Shown here piece by piece: positions 63,401 to 64,000 of a stretch of 64,000 nucleotides of DNA (its first letter is position 1; each line of letters opens with the position of its first letter). Below the pieces are notes generated by a model that was not told the DNA's origin, made no database searches, and saw nothing but the letters and a program-made list of their open reading frames with translations. Source of the DNA: Fimbriosthenelais zetlandica (taxonomy: Eukaryota); contig OZ365112.1 of NCBI GenBank assembly GCA_977030845.1, positions 24,428,001 through 24,492,000 on the forward strand. The letters run 5' to 3'. The position numbers were made by a program, and so were the translations under genes.

Positions 63401-64000
63401 TTCTACAAGACATTGCTAAAGGATTTAGTATCAGATCTACAGGGATCGTAGTATGGTAGTACTTACTTTCGGTGCAATTTTTGTTTAATCTTCACTCAAT
63501 TAATATTTTTCCCTATCTTATGGCAGCCTATAGCTCTACTTTCAATATCTAGGGGCGCCCATCAGCATAAAATAGATCTTCCCAGAACCAAACTTTGGAA
63601 AATATACTTCCTCTTCTCTGTATTTCTCTACATTTTCTTGACAACGAAACCCCAATATTTTATATAAATCTGTACTTTTTTCTCTATAAATTATATTCAA
63701 TGGAAGGCGTTTCAGGTAAAGCAGCTAAGCTTTTATGCAACTTTTTCAGACGTCTAGTACGTCAAAATGAGTATAGATTTAGTAAAGTACCTATCCAGCA
63801 AGTGCATGAGAGTTAAAATGTGAACAATAATACGGGATATAAACTGGGGCGACCCTGGGAGACCTACATGTGTTCCCAGATCTCCCAAGACGCGGGGAAA
63901 GATCCGGTGGCAGGGATGGGTGCTGACATCTAGCGACAGTAAATCTAACTACCTCATACTTTCTCAAAGGGCTTATATATCACTAATCCATTTATCATTA

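Overview
Eukaryotic (animal, probably invertebrate; taxon not determinable here) genomic DNA. The window holds most of one minus-strand gene, a DLG5 (Discs large 5, MAGUK scaffold) orthologue. I traced 18 coding exons from 47493 down to 1014. All have canonical AG/GT ends and form one continuous reading frame (5784 nt, about 1928 codons): post-CARD linker, coiled-coil, PDZ1-PDZ4, SH3 and the linker into the GuK domain. The N-terminal CARD exon(s) and the GuK exons were not found and probably lie outside the window. The introns contain two long GAA-type arrays, a 43-bp minisatellite, a tetranucleotide array, short tandem duplications, two MITE-like hairpin elements and several GC-richer promoter-like patches in a 30.3-kb intron. 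I found no tRNA, rRNA, CRISPR array or intact transposon ORF. I cannot claim a new biological system. The best leads concern splicing and isoforms: a minisatellite whose unit is a 3' splice site fused to a 5' splice site, a 21-nt microexon, and candidate alternative first exons that would give CARD-less DLG5. One intronic ORF also resembles a NUMOD4 motif.
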